From Eledone cirrhosa (lineage: Eukaryota): a DNA stretch of 64,000 nt. The notes beneath the pieces are model-generated. The model searched no databases. It was not told where the DNA came from and was given only the letters and a program-made list of their open reading frames with translations. A program made the position numbers and the translations under genes. The stretch spans positions 68,138,001-68,202,000 of the forward strand of contig OZ024746.1 in NCBI GenBank assembly GCA_964016885.1. Reading direction: 5' to 3'. Shown here in pieces: positions 1-12,760 of this stretch (positions within the stretch are counted from its first letter, which is position 1; each line of letters begins with the position of its first letter).

Positions 1-533
1 TGTATGTACGTATACATACATACTTACATTTAAGTAACTGCCGTACTAAGAGTGAGAAATGAAATTTTGTTTCATTCTATTCCATTTATCATTTTCGGTG
101 TGCCCGGCCGACTGAACTCACTCGATATGCAAATTAGGCTGCTCAGCCGTTAATATGCATAAGGAAAGTATATACTTTCAGACGTTCAACCATCTGGCAG
201 GAAGGTATACAATGCTGACGATAGCTAATAAGCTTGGAACTAGTACATCGTTCCTGTGTCAGTGTTGAACAAAAAGGTGACGTGGTTACCTAAACACTGT
301 ACGGCGTAATTCGGGCCGTTTGTTTGTTTACAAACAAACAAACCGAGCATTATAATAAATGTTCGGTAAACCGATATGTGCATATATATATGTGTGCATG
401 TATGTATATATATACATACTACTGTACGTCTGTATACATATATGTATGTACGTATACATACATACACACTTACATTTAAGTAAGTGCCGTACTAAGAGTG
501 AGAAATGAAATTTCGTTTCATTCTATTCCATTT
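1..533 (+). repeat. Tandem repeat, unit ~445 bp (one unit plus the start of the next); candidate non-LTR retrozyme array
   Basis: 1-88 (tgtatgtacgtatacatacatac...gccgtactaagagtgagaaatgaaatt..gtttcattctattccattt) recurs at 443-533 with few changes. The unit contains a hammerhead-like motif and several hairpins. Confidence 0.7.
210..250 (+). ncRNA. Minimal type I hammerhead ribozyme-like motif (GAAA box reads GGAA; possibly inactive copy)
   Basis: caatg CTGACGA t-agct-aata-agct-t GGAA c-ta-g TA catcg. Stem I atg/cat, stem II agct/agct, palindromic stem III actagt, predicted GUA cleavage after 245. Confidence 0.55.
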
Positions 534-726
534 ATATATATATATATACTTGTGTATAATGGTAGCTATGGTGCTTCCATAGGTGGTATGCCAAAATTAA
601 CACTCAATATTCATACAGAGTAGAGTGTTCCAGATGCATCACTGATTTTATACTATATATATATATATATATATAAAATATTAAACAAATAATGAATAAA
701 CAATTCCTTATATTAAACAAAAAAAG

Positions 727-881
727 TTCATTATTTAACGATCGTTTCTAGGGTATATATGTGTTATAATTGGTATGCATATTCAACAGATCTATGTACA
801 AAATTATACAAAATTATACAAATTATCAAGATTAAATATACATACCTAACACATATATACGCCGTCTTCAGAAATAATGAA
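727..881 (-). ncRNA. Type I hammerhead ribozyme with extended stem II (mirror copy of 6551-6705)
   Basis: Exact reverse complement of 6551-6705. Confidence 0.75.
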
Positions 882-1713
882 GTATATTTATTGATAATAA
901 CAACAATTCAAAATATCAGTTCAAAATTGACCAATGAAAACACAAAGGGTTAAAAGCAGTTCGGTGTGTGTATATACATGTAAAATCCTTACACATATTT
1001 TACAATAATGTGTGTATAATTTGTATGCGCATACTAAAAAGATGGATGCAAACACAAAATTTCAAGGTTAATATCTCTGTAAGCTTAATGCGCTGATAAG
1101 ATGCGCATTGATACTTATGGAGTCAAGCATATAAATATATTTTTTCATACTCACACATATCAGTATAATCACACATACATGCGCGTATATGCATAAATAT
1201 ACACACAACCACGAACACACAAACACACACACTCCCCCACTCACATTTATATATGTGGATATAAAATCATAAGCACATAGAAATTAAGTCACTCACATAA
1301 AACACTGGCACACACATTTCAAGATCAAGATACAGAAATTAGGTGGGAGGGGGGGGAGGGGTCAGTATTCAATTGTCTGAGCAGACTGCCTAATATAAAT
1401 GTATCTATAAATTAAGAAAAATAAAAAAAATAAAAAAATAAAAACAATAAAATATAATAAATATAATATAATGTACATACACATACAGATATATATACAC
1501 ACATACATACATGTACGCGCACATAGAGATATTTACGCATACACACATACACACATACATATACAGTCATACACACACATACACTTACACGAACATACAC
1601 ATACACATATAAAAAGATATATATATATACACACACACACGCGCAACACATACACACATACACATATATATAAAAAATAGATAATAAAGATATATATCCA
1701 TATATATATATAT

Positions 1714-1768
<55 letters not shown>

Positions 1769-1857
1769 TATACATATACATACACATACATCTAAATATA
1801 CATACACATACATACACACATACATGTACATACATGTACATACATATACGCACATCG

Positions 1858-1907
<50 letters not shown>

Positions 1908-1970
1908 TCACATAGACATAAAGATACATACACACACAACTTACATACACACGTATACATATATATATAT

Positions 1971-2260
1971 GGTGGCTGCCAACTCGTTTTCGAGTACGGC
2001 CACTACTTTATATCCATGTAGGAGAACCCCTACTGATGCGCTGAACGAGTGTGACTTTTTAGTCCAGCCAGCGACTTGAAAACTCTGGTACAAAGACTAC
2101 ACTTGTGACAATTATTGACACATAGTGTTGGGCCCATGGTACCATGTGACGACAAGTGCAGAGAGATCTCCAGATATAAAGCAATGCCTGTGCCGTGAAG
2201 CTTTTATAGTGAGCAAAGGCACTGCACAAAGCCAGTCCCACTCTCTTAACCAAGATGATA
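1971..2260 (+). mobile_element. 5'-terminal fragment of a repeat family, probably an RTE LINE 5' UTR, inserted in (TA)n of the left arm
   Basis: ggtggctgccaactcgttttcgagtacggccac... is near-identical to 16328-16519 and 21463-22060; absent at the mirror position (~5463). Confidence 0.7.
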
Positions 2261-2412
2261 TGTACCTTCATACATAGAATTAGATATATAATCATACATA
2301 CATATGCACCTACTTATACTCATATAAATAAATACATACGCTTTCATATATGTGTATATACATAAAAAACAATACAACCTCACCAAACTCAGACATACAA
2401 ATGAAAATAATA

Positions 2413-2455
<43 letters not shown>

Positions 2456-2606
2456 TGTATATACATACACACACGCATTAATAGAGATATATATATATAC
2501 ACACATACATACACATATATATATACATACTCACACATATATATACACATACATACATATACATATATATATACATATATATACATATACACACACACAT
2601 AGACTC

Positions 2607-2637
<31 letters not shown>

Positions 2638-3256
2638 AACATATATATCCACACACTCATACCACCATAAATACACATACAAACACCCACATGTATATAT
2701 ATATATATATCTATATACACACACGTATACACATATATATATATATACATACACATATATATATACACACACATAAAAAACAGACATGCACATATATATA
2801 TATATATATATTTCATTACTCTTATATATACACATATTATATATACATACACAACCTCACTTATACACATATACACATAAGTTATATTACAATAATAATA
2901 AAGAATAATATACATATATATATATACATATACATATATATATATATATATATATACATACATACATACACATACATACATACACATAAATATATACATA
3001 CATAAATACACACATACGAATAAAGACATATATTCACACATAGACACCTATACATATATATATATATATATCTATATATATATATACACATATATATATA
3101 TATATATATACACATACACACACACACACACACACAGACACACATACACACTCACATATATATATATATATATATGTGTATGTGAGTGTGCGCACACACA
3201 CATATATACACACACACATACAAACACACACAAACACATACATATGCATACGTGCA

Positions 3257-3422
3257 GACGAATTGCAGAATGTCATGTAATCATAGAATGGGATGTGTTT
3301 TGGATATATACCTAGTTAATATATTCTGTGCAATTTTTTGAAAAAGATATGTATATGTATATGTATATGTATATGTGTGTGTTGTGTATGTGTATCTGTA
3401 TGTATGTATATGTGTGTATATA

Positions 3423-3465
<43 letters not shown>

Positions 3466-5088
3466 ATATGTATGTATATGTGTATGTGTATGTATATGTA
3501 TATGTATGCGTATTAATTTTGATTTCTATTTGCATATAATTATATTATGCTATTGATGAAATACAATATCTGCTTTATGTATTGTATACCTAATTAACAT
3601 ATACTAATTAACGTATACTATTGAAATAAATATATAATTTTTAATTTAGTTAACATATAATTTATATGCTACTACCGATGTAATACTTTATTTTATTTTT
3701 ATTTGGGTTTCTTTTCCCTATTACTAAATTCATCTCCTAATATTGATACCATAACGTTATTAACTTTAATTTAGTTATAATGTAATTAATAATCTACTAC
3801 TGTTTGACTTCAAAATTCTGCTTCAAATATTATAAACCTAACTAATTTACACCTTAGAAATCAATATGTTGACTATCTTTGGTTTAGTTAACATATGATT
3901 AATGGTATACTTATTTATTTTGAGATGCATAGATTTCGTATTTCCTAGCACTGAAAATATGTAAGAACATACATTGAATTAAGATACGGAAAATATTATA
4001 TGTTTCTTGAAACATATATTTACTTTGATCCCCTTCTCCAAACCCCCCCTTTCCCCCATACTATTATCATCTGTATTTGTAAGCGTCTATGTATGAATAT
4101 ATATGTAGGTAGGTGTCTATATAGGTTTTGGTATTTATATCTAAATATAAAAATACATATATGAGCATGCAAATATGAATGTAAGATTGTGTGTGTATAT
4201 ATGATTGTACATACATATGTATGTATATATATGTATATATATGTATTATATATGTATGTGTATGTGAATGTGTTGTATGTATATGTATATGTATGTGTAT
4301 ATATGTGTATGTATGTGTATGCTTGTATGTATAGGAATATATATATGTGTATATATGTATGTATATGTATATGCGTGTATGTATGTATGTGTATGTGTGT
4401 TGTGTATATATATGTATGTCTCTCTATTTATATGTTTATCTTCGTATCTATGTGATATATGTGTGTGTGTGTGCACGTATGCATATGTATGTGTTTGTGT
4501 GTGTTTGTATGTGTGTGTGTATATATGTGTGTGTGCGCACACTCACATACACATATATATATATATATATGTGAGTGTGTATGTGTGTCTGTGTGTGTGT
4601 GTGTGTGTGTATGTGTATATATATATATATATATATGTGTATATATATATATAGATATATATATATATATATGTATAGGTGTCTATGTGTGAATATATGT
4701 CTTTATTCGTATGTGTGTATTTATGTATGTATATATTTATGTGTATGTATGTATGTGTATGTATGTATGTATATATATATATATATATATATGTATATGT
4801 ATATATATATATGTATATTATTCTTTATTATTATTGTAATATAACTTATGTGTATATGTGTATAAGTGAGGTTGTGTATGTATATATAATATGTGTATAT
4901 ATAAGAGTAATGAAATATATATATATATATATATGTGCATGTCTGTTTTTTATGTGTGTGTATATATATATGTGTATGTATATATAAATATATGTGTATA
5001 CGTGTGTGTATATAGATATATATATATATATACATGTGGGTGTTTGTATGTGTATTTATGGTGGTATGAGTGTGTGGATATATATGTT

Positions 5089-5119
<31 letters not shown>

Positions 5120-5270
5120 GAGTCTATGTGTGTGTGTATATGTATATATATGTATATATATATGTATATGTATGTATGTGTATATATATGTGTGAGTATG
5201 TATATATATATGTGTATGTATGTGTGTATATATATATATCTCTATTAATGCGTGTGTGTATGTATATACA

Positions 5271-5310
<40 letters not shown>

Positions 5311-5528
5311 TATTATTTTCATTTGTATGTCTGAGTTTGGTGAGGTTGTATTGTTTTTTATGTATATACACATATATGAAAGCGTATGTATTTATTTATA
5401 TGAGTATAAGTAGGTGCATATGTATGTATGATTATATATCTAATTCTATGTATGAAGGTACATCTATATATATATATGTATACGTGTGTATGTAAGTTGT
5501 GTGTGTATGTATCTTTATGTCTATGTGA

Positions 5529-5574
<46 letters not shown>

Positions 5575-5663
5575 CGATGTGCGTATATGTATGTACATGT
5601 ATGTACATGTATGTGTGTATGTATGTGTATGTATATTTAGATGTATGTGTATGTATATGTATA

Positions 5664-5718
<55 letters not shown>

Positions 5719-6759
5719 ATATATATATATATGGATATATATCTTTATTATCTATTTTTTATATATATGTGTATGTGTGTATGTGTTGCGCGTGTGTGTG
5801 TGTATATATATATATCTTTTTATATGTGTATGTGTATGTTCGTGTAAGTGTATGTGTGTGTATGACTGTATATGTATGTGTGTATGTGTGTATGCGTAAA
5901 TATCTCTATGTGCGCGTACATGTATGTATGTGTGTATATATATCTGTATGTGTATGTACATTATATTATATTTATTATATTTTATTGTTTTTATTTTTTT
6001 ATTTTTTTTATTTTTCTTAATTTACAGATACATTTATATTAGGCAGTCTGCTCAGACAATTGAATACTGACCCCTCCCCCCCCTCCCACCTAATTTCTGT
6101 ATCTTGATCTTGAAATGTGTGTGCCAGTGTTTTATGTGAGTGACTTAATTTCTATGTGCTTATGATTTTATATCCACATATATAAATGTGAGTGGGGGAG
6201 TGTGTGTGTTTGTGTGTTCGTGGTTGTGTGTATATTTATGCATATACGCGCATGTATGTGTGATTATACTGATATGTGTGAGTATGAAAAAATATATTTA
6301 TATGCTTGACTCCATAAGTATCAATGCGCATCTTATCAGCGCATTAAGCTTACAGAGATATTAACCTTGAAATTTTGTGTTTGCATCCATCTTTTTAGTA
6401 TGCGCATACAAATTATACACACATTATTGTAAAATATGTGTAAGGATTTTACATGTATATACACACACCGAACTGCTTTTAACCCTTTGTGTTTTCATTG
6501 GTCAATTTTGAACTGATATTTTGAATTGTTGTTATTATCAATAAATATACTTCATTATTTCTGAAGACGGCGTATATATGTGTTAGGTATGTATATTTAA
6601 TCTTGATAATTTGTATAATTTTGTATAATTTTGTACATAGATCTGTTGAATATGCATACCAATTATAACACATATATACCCTAGAAACGATCGTTAAATA
6701 ATGAACTTTTTTTGTTTAATATAAGGAATTGTTTATTCATTATTTGTTTAATATTTTAT
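3257..6759 (+). mobile_element. Putative non-autonomous, non-coding Penelope-like element (spacer plus right arm) with a 3' hammerhead; right arm 4472-6759
   Basis: No credible ORF. A hammerhead lies near the 3' end and an inverted copy of the last 2.3 kb lies immediately upstream, as in PLE inverted pseudo-LTR insertions. Confidence 0.5.
6551..6705 (+). ncRNA. Type I hammerhead ribozyme with 116-nt stem II
   Basis: Stem I ttcattattt(6551-60)/aaataatgaa(6696-705), 10 bp perfect. CTGAAGA 6561-67. Stem II gtatatatgtgtta/taacacatatatac plus ggtatgtatatttaa/ttgaatatgcatacc. GAAA 6684-87. Palindromic stem III aacgatcgtt. Predicted GUU cleavage after 6695. Confidence 0.75.
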
Positions 6760-6917
6760 CTTGACTCTGTATACCGTTTATCTTTCACCGAAAGTGGATT
6801 TTCATTACATCTCTTCTTTCCATGATATCCGGAATACATTGAGTTCTTCATACGGATTGGACACTACCGTAAACTCTTGGTAGATTTATCTACATATATA
6901 TATATATATATATATAT

Positions 6918-7246
6918 CATCATCATCATCATTTCATTTTGCGTCCGCTTTTCCCTGCTTGCAAGGGTGGGACGGGAGCTGATTCTGGCTTGATTTCTAC
7001 AGCTGGATGCCCTTCCTAACACCAACCTCATTTACAGTGAGTGCTGGGTGCTTTTTTGCTGTGGCACCTACACGACCACTTTGAAGTGGAATGATAGGGA
7101 CTGGGGCCCCTACCATCTCATTTCTACAGCTGAGTAAACTGGAGCAATGTGAAATAAAGTGTCTTGCTCAAGGAAACAACACATCACCCGGTCTGAGAAT
7201 TGAACTCACAACCTTTCGATTACAAGGCCAATGCTCTAACCACTAA

Positions 7247-7251
<5 letters not shown>
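6918..7251 (-). mobile_element. tRNA-derived SINE, family A (A box/B box head, CORE-like middle, RTE-type tail ending (GAT)n)
   Basis: Minus strand tggcttagtgg (A box)...gagttcaattc (B box)...ccttgagcaagacactt...ggttggtgttaggaagggcatccagc...(gat)n; at least 7 full copies in the window. Confidence 0.85.
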
Positions 7252-7324
<73 letters not shown>

Positions 7325-7326
<2 letters not shown>

Positions 7327-7720
7327 AGGTGTATGGCTTAGTGGTTATTAGAGCATTGGGCTTGCAGTCGAAAGGTTGTGAGTTCAATTCTTGAACCGGG
7401 TGATTGTGTTGTTTCCTTGAGCAAGACACGACACTTTATTTCACATTGCTCCAGTTTACTCAACTGAAAATGAGTACCAGCAATAGCTGGAGGTTTAACC
7501 CTGCAATGGACTGGCATCCTGTCCAGGGTGGAGTCTTGTGCTCTCAGTCGCTTCACGCCATGAAGCCGGGATAAGCACCGGCCAAATGAGCCTTCTGGCT
7601 TAAGACAGACTTTAGACTTACGTCCTGCCCGCCCAGCCAGTGGGATGGCATCATCGCATGGCTAAAACAGCAACGTGCTGTGACCAGCGGCGCCCGGCAG
7701 ACTGGTCAGTCAAGGTGATA
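7325..7720 (+). mobile_element. tRNA-derived SINE with family-A head but a different body (cctgcaatggactggcatcctgtccagggtg, V/Meta-domain-like)
   Basis: Same A/B boxes as family A, then diverges after ~7470. The domain resemblance is from memory, not from an alignment. Confidence 0.65.
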
Positions 7721-9673
7721 TATATATATGTGTGTGTGTGTGTGAGCTGAAGATGGAACTTCCATTTCCTTGCTTGATTTGCTATAAATAGAACTGAAAT
7801 CATCATCAGATCACACCCTTCATAATCTTAAATAAAACAATACATTACATAATGTAGTGCTTGACGTAGTTCTAAAAAAATGGTTCTGGTATGATTGCCT
7901 TTAACTCTTAACATTCTTTAATGAATTAGCATAAAAAATTTAAAAATAGGCTTGTTAATTTTAATGCTTATATTATCTTTACGATTGGACAGATCGTTGT
8001 GAAAATTAGCAGTACACTAAAGACTTCAATTTTTAATGTCATGCAGTCATAATACTGTTTTATACTTTTCACAAATGTCTCACTAATGTGGTTTCATGTG
8101 GTAAGAGTTAAGAGTTAATCATAGGTCAGCTCAGAAAGGGCTGAACTGGGGCTAAACAACAGCAAAATGCTCTCAAGACAATGAGGGAATGTGTACATGT
8201 TTGCTCGACCTGTTAGAAATAACAGCCAAATCTCCCTCAAATCATTACAATCTGCCACCTTAAAGAGGGATAGAAGACATTGCTTGCCTTTTACCTGTGC
8301 TAAAAAATAAAAAAAAAACATGATGAAGTAATCCTTGATGCACTGTTTGAAATTAAGTTTGAATGGTCGTAAGTAGATCACGTCTGAACATACGTCTGCT
8401 TGATCAGTGCTGGTCATATGTGGATCATCTCAGAACATAGGTCTGTTTGATCAGTGCTAGTGGGATGGAGAAGTAACTAACAACAATAACAACATCAACA
8501 TCACAACACACATGTCATTCAATAAAGTAATAGGCAGATTAGTGTTAACATGTTTATACATGGAAGTATTAGAAAGCTAACTAGAAACAATTATTCAATG
8601 AATGAAACAAAAAAAATTTAATATTGTTTTCATTTGTGTGTGTGTACGTTTATGTGTGTGTTTGTATTCAGAATTTATTATTAGAAGTGAAGTGCCCATT
8701 GTCTGTCAAGGCTCTTCCAAAACTAGAGAATAGGAAGAAATGTGTATGGTTATTATAACTAGTGTTGTTCACTTCGAATTTCTGTAATTCAAATGTAGAA
8801 AAGAATACAGCTTTAGAGCTTTAGATGAAGCTTTAGAGAGATGAGACATCTGGTCTGGAGAAGACTTGAAAAAATTACTCAGTGCAGTGTCTAGAGCGGA
8901 AAAGACATATTGCAATAAATAAATGGAGGATTGAGGGGAGAGGGGCAGGTGAAGCGCAGGACTTAGAAGGTAGTACTTGTGGTAGTGAGTAGGGTCATCA
9001 TGGATGTAATAGAAGAAACAGAGAAATAGATTGATACATTTCAATCATGATAAGCTGACTGATTTGGTAGTATATGTATACATAAACATGCACATACTTG
9101 CATGCATATGCACACACACACACATGCATGTATGTATGTGTGTATATATATATATATATATGAATGTATGTATATGCATGTGTATTGGCAGTAGTGCTAA
9201 CATAGTGTGGCTCGTAATAAAGGTGTATATGAAAGCATATATTATATATTTATGATTAACAAACATACATCAGTCTCGTTGTGAAGCTGGGATTATGTCA
9301 TAGCTATTTCAGTAACTGTGTGAGAACAACAGACATGTGTTTTTGATGTTTTATTATTTTAGTTACTGCTAATCTTCTATTCTTTTCCCCATCTCATTGC
9401 CAGGTCCCACATCTCATTGCCAGGCCACACATCTCAGTTCAATCACAGACATCATATCATCTGCTCTTCACTCTGAGAGAGAAGCCTTTTGTTACTTATA
9501 GAAGTAATAGCTCCCTGAAGAGGAATCTATGAAGTTGTTTGACAGTAAATATAGGGCACTCATTTATCCCCATGTGAAAACTATTATTCCCAATTAGATA
9601 AATATACCATAAATATACCAAAAAAGTACCCGGGCGATCAAAATTGACGGAAGTTATGGAGTAGGCAGACCCA

Positions 9674-10237
9674 GAAAAACCTGGGACGATTTGATAAATT
9701 CTGACCTTACACACTTACACCTCTCTAAGACAATGCCACTGGACTGAGATCTTTGGCACTACACAGTAATACAGAAAATCCGCCTTGTCTAAGTACAAAG
9801 CGAAACCTACAGTCAGTAGGTTCCGCCTTGTCTAAGTACAAAATGAAACCTACAGTCAGTAGGCACCTCTTAATCAAATACACCCTCCTCCCACTACCCC
9901 AACTCCCCACCCCACCTCCCATCAACACCACCCCTTTTTCTGTAAAGTTATGTTGGTACCACAACATCCAGTCTTAAATAAATGATGTTGTGTAGGTGTC
10001 ACAACAAAAACCACACAGTCCACGCTGTAATGTGGCCGTGTAGGTAACACGGTAAAAACCCCCCAGTCCACACTGTAAACGTGGTTGGTGTTAGGAAGGG
10101 CATCCAGCCGTAGAAAACCTGCCAGACAGTCCTACACGAGCGAGACGACCAATCTTGCCTCAAGTGCGACAATTCCTATCTAAACCCATGCTAGCATGGA
10201 AGATAGACATTAAACGATGATGATGATGATGATGATA
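9674..10237 (+). mobile_element. RTE LINE 3' end fragment (end of ORF plus 3' UTR, (GAT)n tail)
   Basis: Matches 20070-20553; includes a ~43-bp tandem duplication at ~9780-9862. Confidence 0.85.
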
Positions 10238-12562
10238 CCATCTGAGCTAGAGAAAGGAGAGAGAAGATGTATGAAATGTTAGTGTATTTGGTGTGTATGT
10301 GCACACATATGTAAGTATCCATGCATGTGTTGTATGTGTGTGTTGTGTCTGCACTGATTCAGTGTTACATTATATGACAGATTTGATACTAGACAATTGA
10401 TATTAAACTAGCAAAGTAGATGTTAAAGCAATGAGGATGATGACAAGGCTAGTGATGATGATGGTGAAGATGGAGATGATGATTAAATTTACTCCACAAT
10501 TAGTCGTCAATGTTGAGAAAATGCAGCAACAATTTTCTCCAATTCAAACAATATTCTGAAGATGATAAGTAAGTGCCTAGCAACAAGAAATTCATTTTTT
10601 TAAATATATTACATTTAATTAAATATACCTTTATTCAAATAGAGACAGTTTTCTGTCAATTTAATCTTTTAAATTTAGTTCCACCACAAAAATAAAAGCC
10701 AGAAACTTCAAAAATCATTTGCAAATCATGTCAATTTGGTTAAGTGGTGGATTGTCAGTGTTGTTAGAACATCAGATAGAGTTTCAACTCTCTGAGTTCA
10801 AATCCCGTTTAGATCAACTTTGTCTTTTGTCCATTCGAGGTTGATAAAATAAATAGCATTCTAGTACTGGGGTCAGTTCTTCCTCTATATCTCTTTCTCA
10901 CTTCCTTTCTCTCACTCTCTATCCTTCTCTGAAAGAAATATGCTTTATTCAGACATGGAGAGAAAATGGGCTCTGCTAGGTTTAAAAAATGCCCTAGAAA
11001 TACAGTATTTCAATACAGTATCCCTACAATTGCCTCAGAAGTTATGGGACCATGCATGCATAAAATCACACATACAATAAAAAATAAGTACCAGTTAGAT
11101 ACTAGGATTAATTTAATTGAGTATACTCTCCTCTTAATATATTCCTAGAAAGCACCCTGGACATGAATGAAATTTTAAAAAAATGTACACTTTTGGTCTT
11201 GTGCTTATGTTAGAAATCAATAGAAAGCTATAAAGAAAGGCTGCACATTTTCCATCATTAGTTGATAGAGCATAGTAGCTATATAACATGAAATAGCACA
11301 CTACTGGACATAATTTACTGGTTTTTAGATGAGCTCAAATATTTCATAGACATTCAGATATACATCATTTGCTTTTATGGTGTATTTTCCTTTGTTAGTC
11401 AGCTCCAATTTGATCAAAGCTCATTGAAATCAAGACCAAATGTGTTACGTTTCAGTTATATGAAGAAAATTATCCTGTGAAAGAAAGAAATATCTCATCT
11501 TAGAATAACACTAATGCTAATGTTGGGACAGTGAGTGATCAATTGAATTGATAGAAATAGTAGCCAAATCTTCCTCAAATCATATGAGATTTGCTATCTT
11601 ACAAGTGAGGAAGACACTGACTGAAGTAGCTTTTTTGGATAATCACAGCTGGAACACATTTGAAAATAGATTTGTTCAGTTAGGTCTGATGTAGGGCCAA
11701 CACAGAAATTGAACTAGCTGGTAGGCAATAACCCTTAACAATTATTCAATAATCATCCACAACACTTATTCAATAACTGTATTGTCGTGTGGGTATGAAC
11801 AATGAAATGAGAACAATGTATTGTTATAGTTTGAATAGTTTAAAGTTTTACTTTAAAACTCCAAGAACATTACTGAAGTTGAATAAAACAGAATAAAATG
11901 GTTAAAATATTATGATTATATTGAACAAATATATCAGTCTGTAATAATTGTTTCTACTTTTGGCACAAGGCCAGCACTTACTCAGTACATTACTGGTACT
12001 TTATTTTATCGACCCCCGTAAGGATGAAAGGCAAAGTGAAAATGATGAAAGCTGGTATATCAGGAATGTGGGGTATTTGGCTCATGGATTTTTTGTCCCA
12101 AAGACAGAAACTAAATCACAACTTCCAGTAGTGTTTTATCTGATTACTCAATAAAGAACATACTAACAAAATTAATGATAAAGTTGTAGGAATGTTATCA
12201 CGGAGGTGTTTAATTACACCCTAATATTTCAGGATAAATCCCTTTTCCAAAAGAAGATAGCAGGATACCTTGTGTTGTTCTTATGCTGATATTTGAGATG
12301 AAGAAATTTTATCCCAAAATATTAAGGAATAATAATACACTTCCAAGTTAAGATTCCTATAATTTGTTATTATTATTTTAAACATTTAATATATTATTTG
12401 CATTGCTATAGCATGCTAAATATACACAATCTTCTACACTATTCACAATGCTTCAAGCAAACTATGATACTCTCCTATACTAACAAAATTATGTATTATA
12501 GATTAAGCTGTAAGCTAGCAGAGAAAATTGATATTAAATAATGATATTAAATAATGTGAATA

Positions 12563-12760
12563 CAATAATTGTTTCTACTTTTGGCACAGGGCCAGCTATT
12601 ACCCAGTACATTACTGGTACTTTCTTTTATCGACCCCGTAAGGATGAAAGGCAAAGTTAACCTCGGCGGGATTTGAACTCAGAATGGCAAGGGCCATAAC
12701 TCAATGCGTCAAAGCATGGCGTCCGACCCTCTACCGATATTGCCAATCCACTGCCCTTAT
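12563..12760 (-). mobile_element. tRNA-derived SINE, family C (Nin/Deu-like gcctttcatcc..ggtcgataaaa..gtacc domain)
   Basis: Minus strand head ggcagtggattggca...tctgagttcaaatcccgccgagg. Other copies ~10780-10880, 11943-12045, 14500-14720, 14733-14912, 32586-32775, 34115-34240, 41262-41485, 41515-41645, 45953-46140, 47540-47695, 57015-57210, 62993-63185. Confidence 0.8.

Larger units (their letters stand above)
673..3256 (-). repeat. Left arm of a 2.3-kb inverted repeat (contains a ~290-bp insertion absent from the right arm)
   Basis: Reverse complement of 4472-6759. Mirror ORFs 759..953/6479..6673 and 1412..1960/5529..6020 share the outer-end coordinate sum 7432; inner pairs sum to ~7726. 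Confidence 0.95.

Noticed and set aside
1412-6020. Long ORFs rich in Y/I/C/V/M/H/T (also 15743-16450, 20194-21451, 22652-23100, 24491-25524)
   Set aside because: Translations of (TA)n/(TG)n/(TACA)n microsatellites, open in several frames on both strands.
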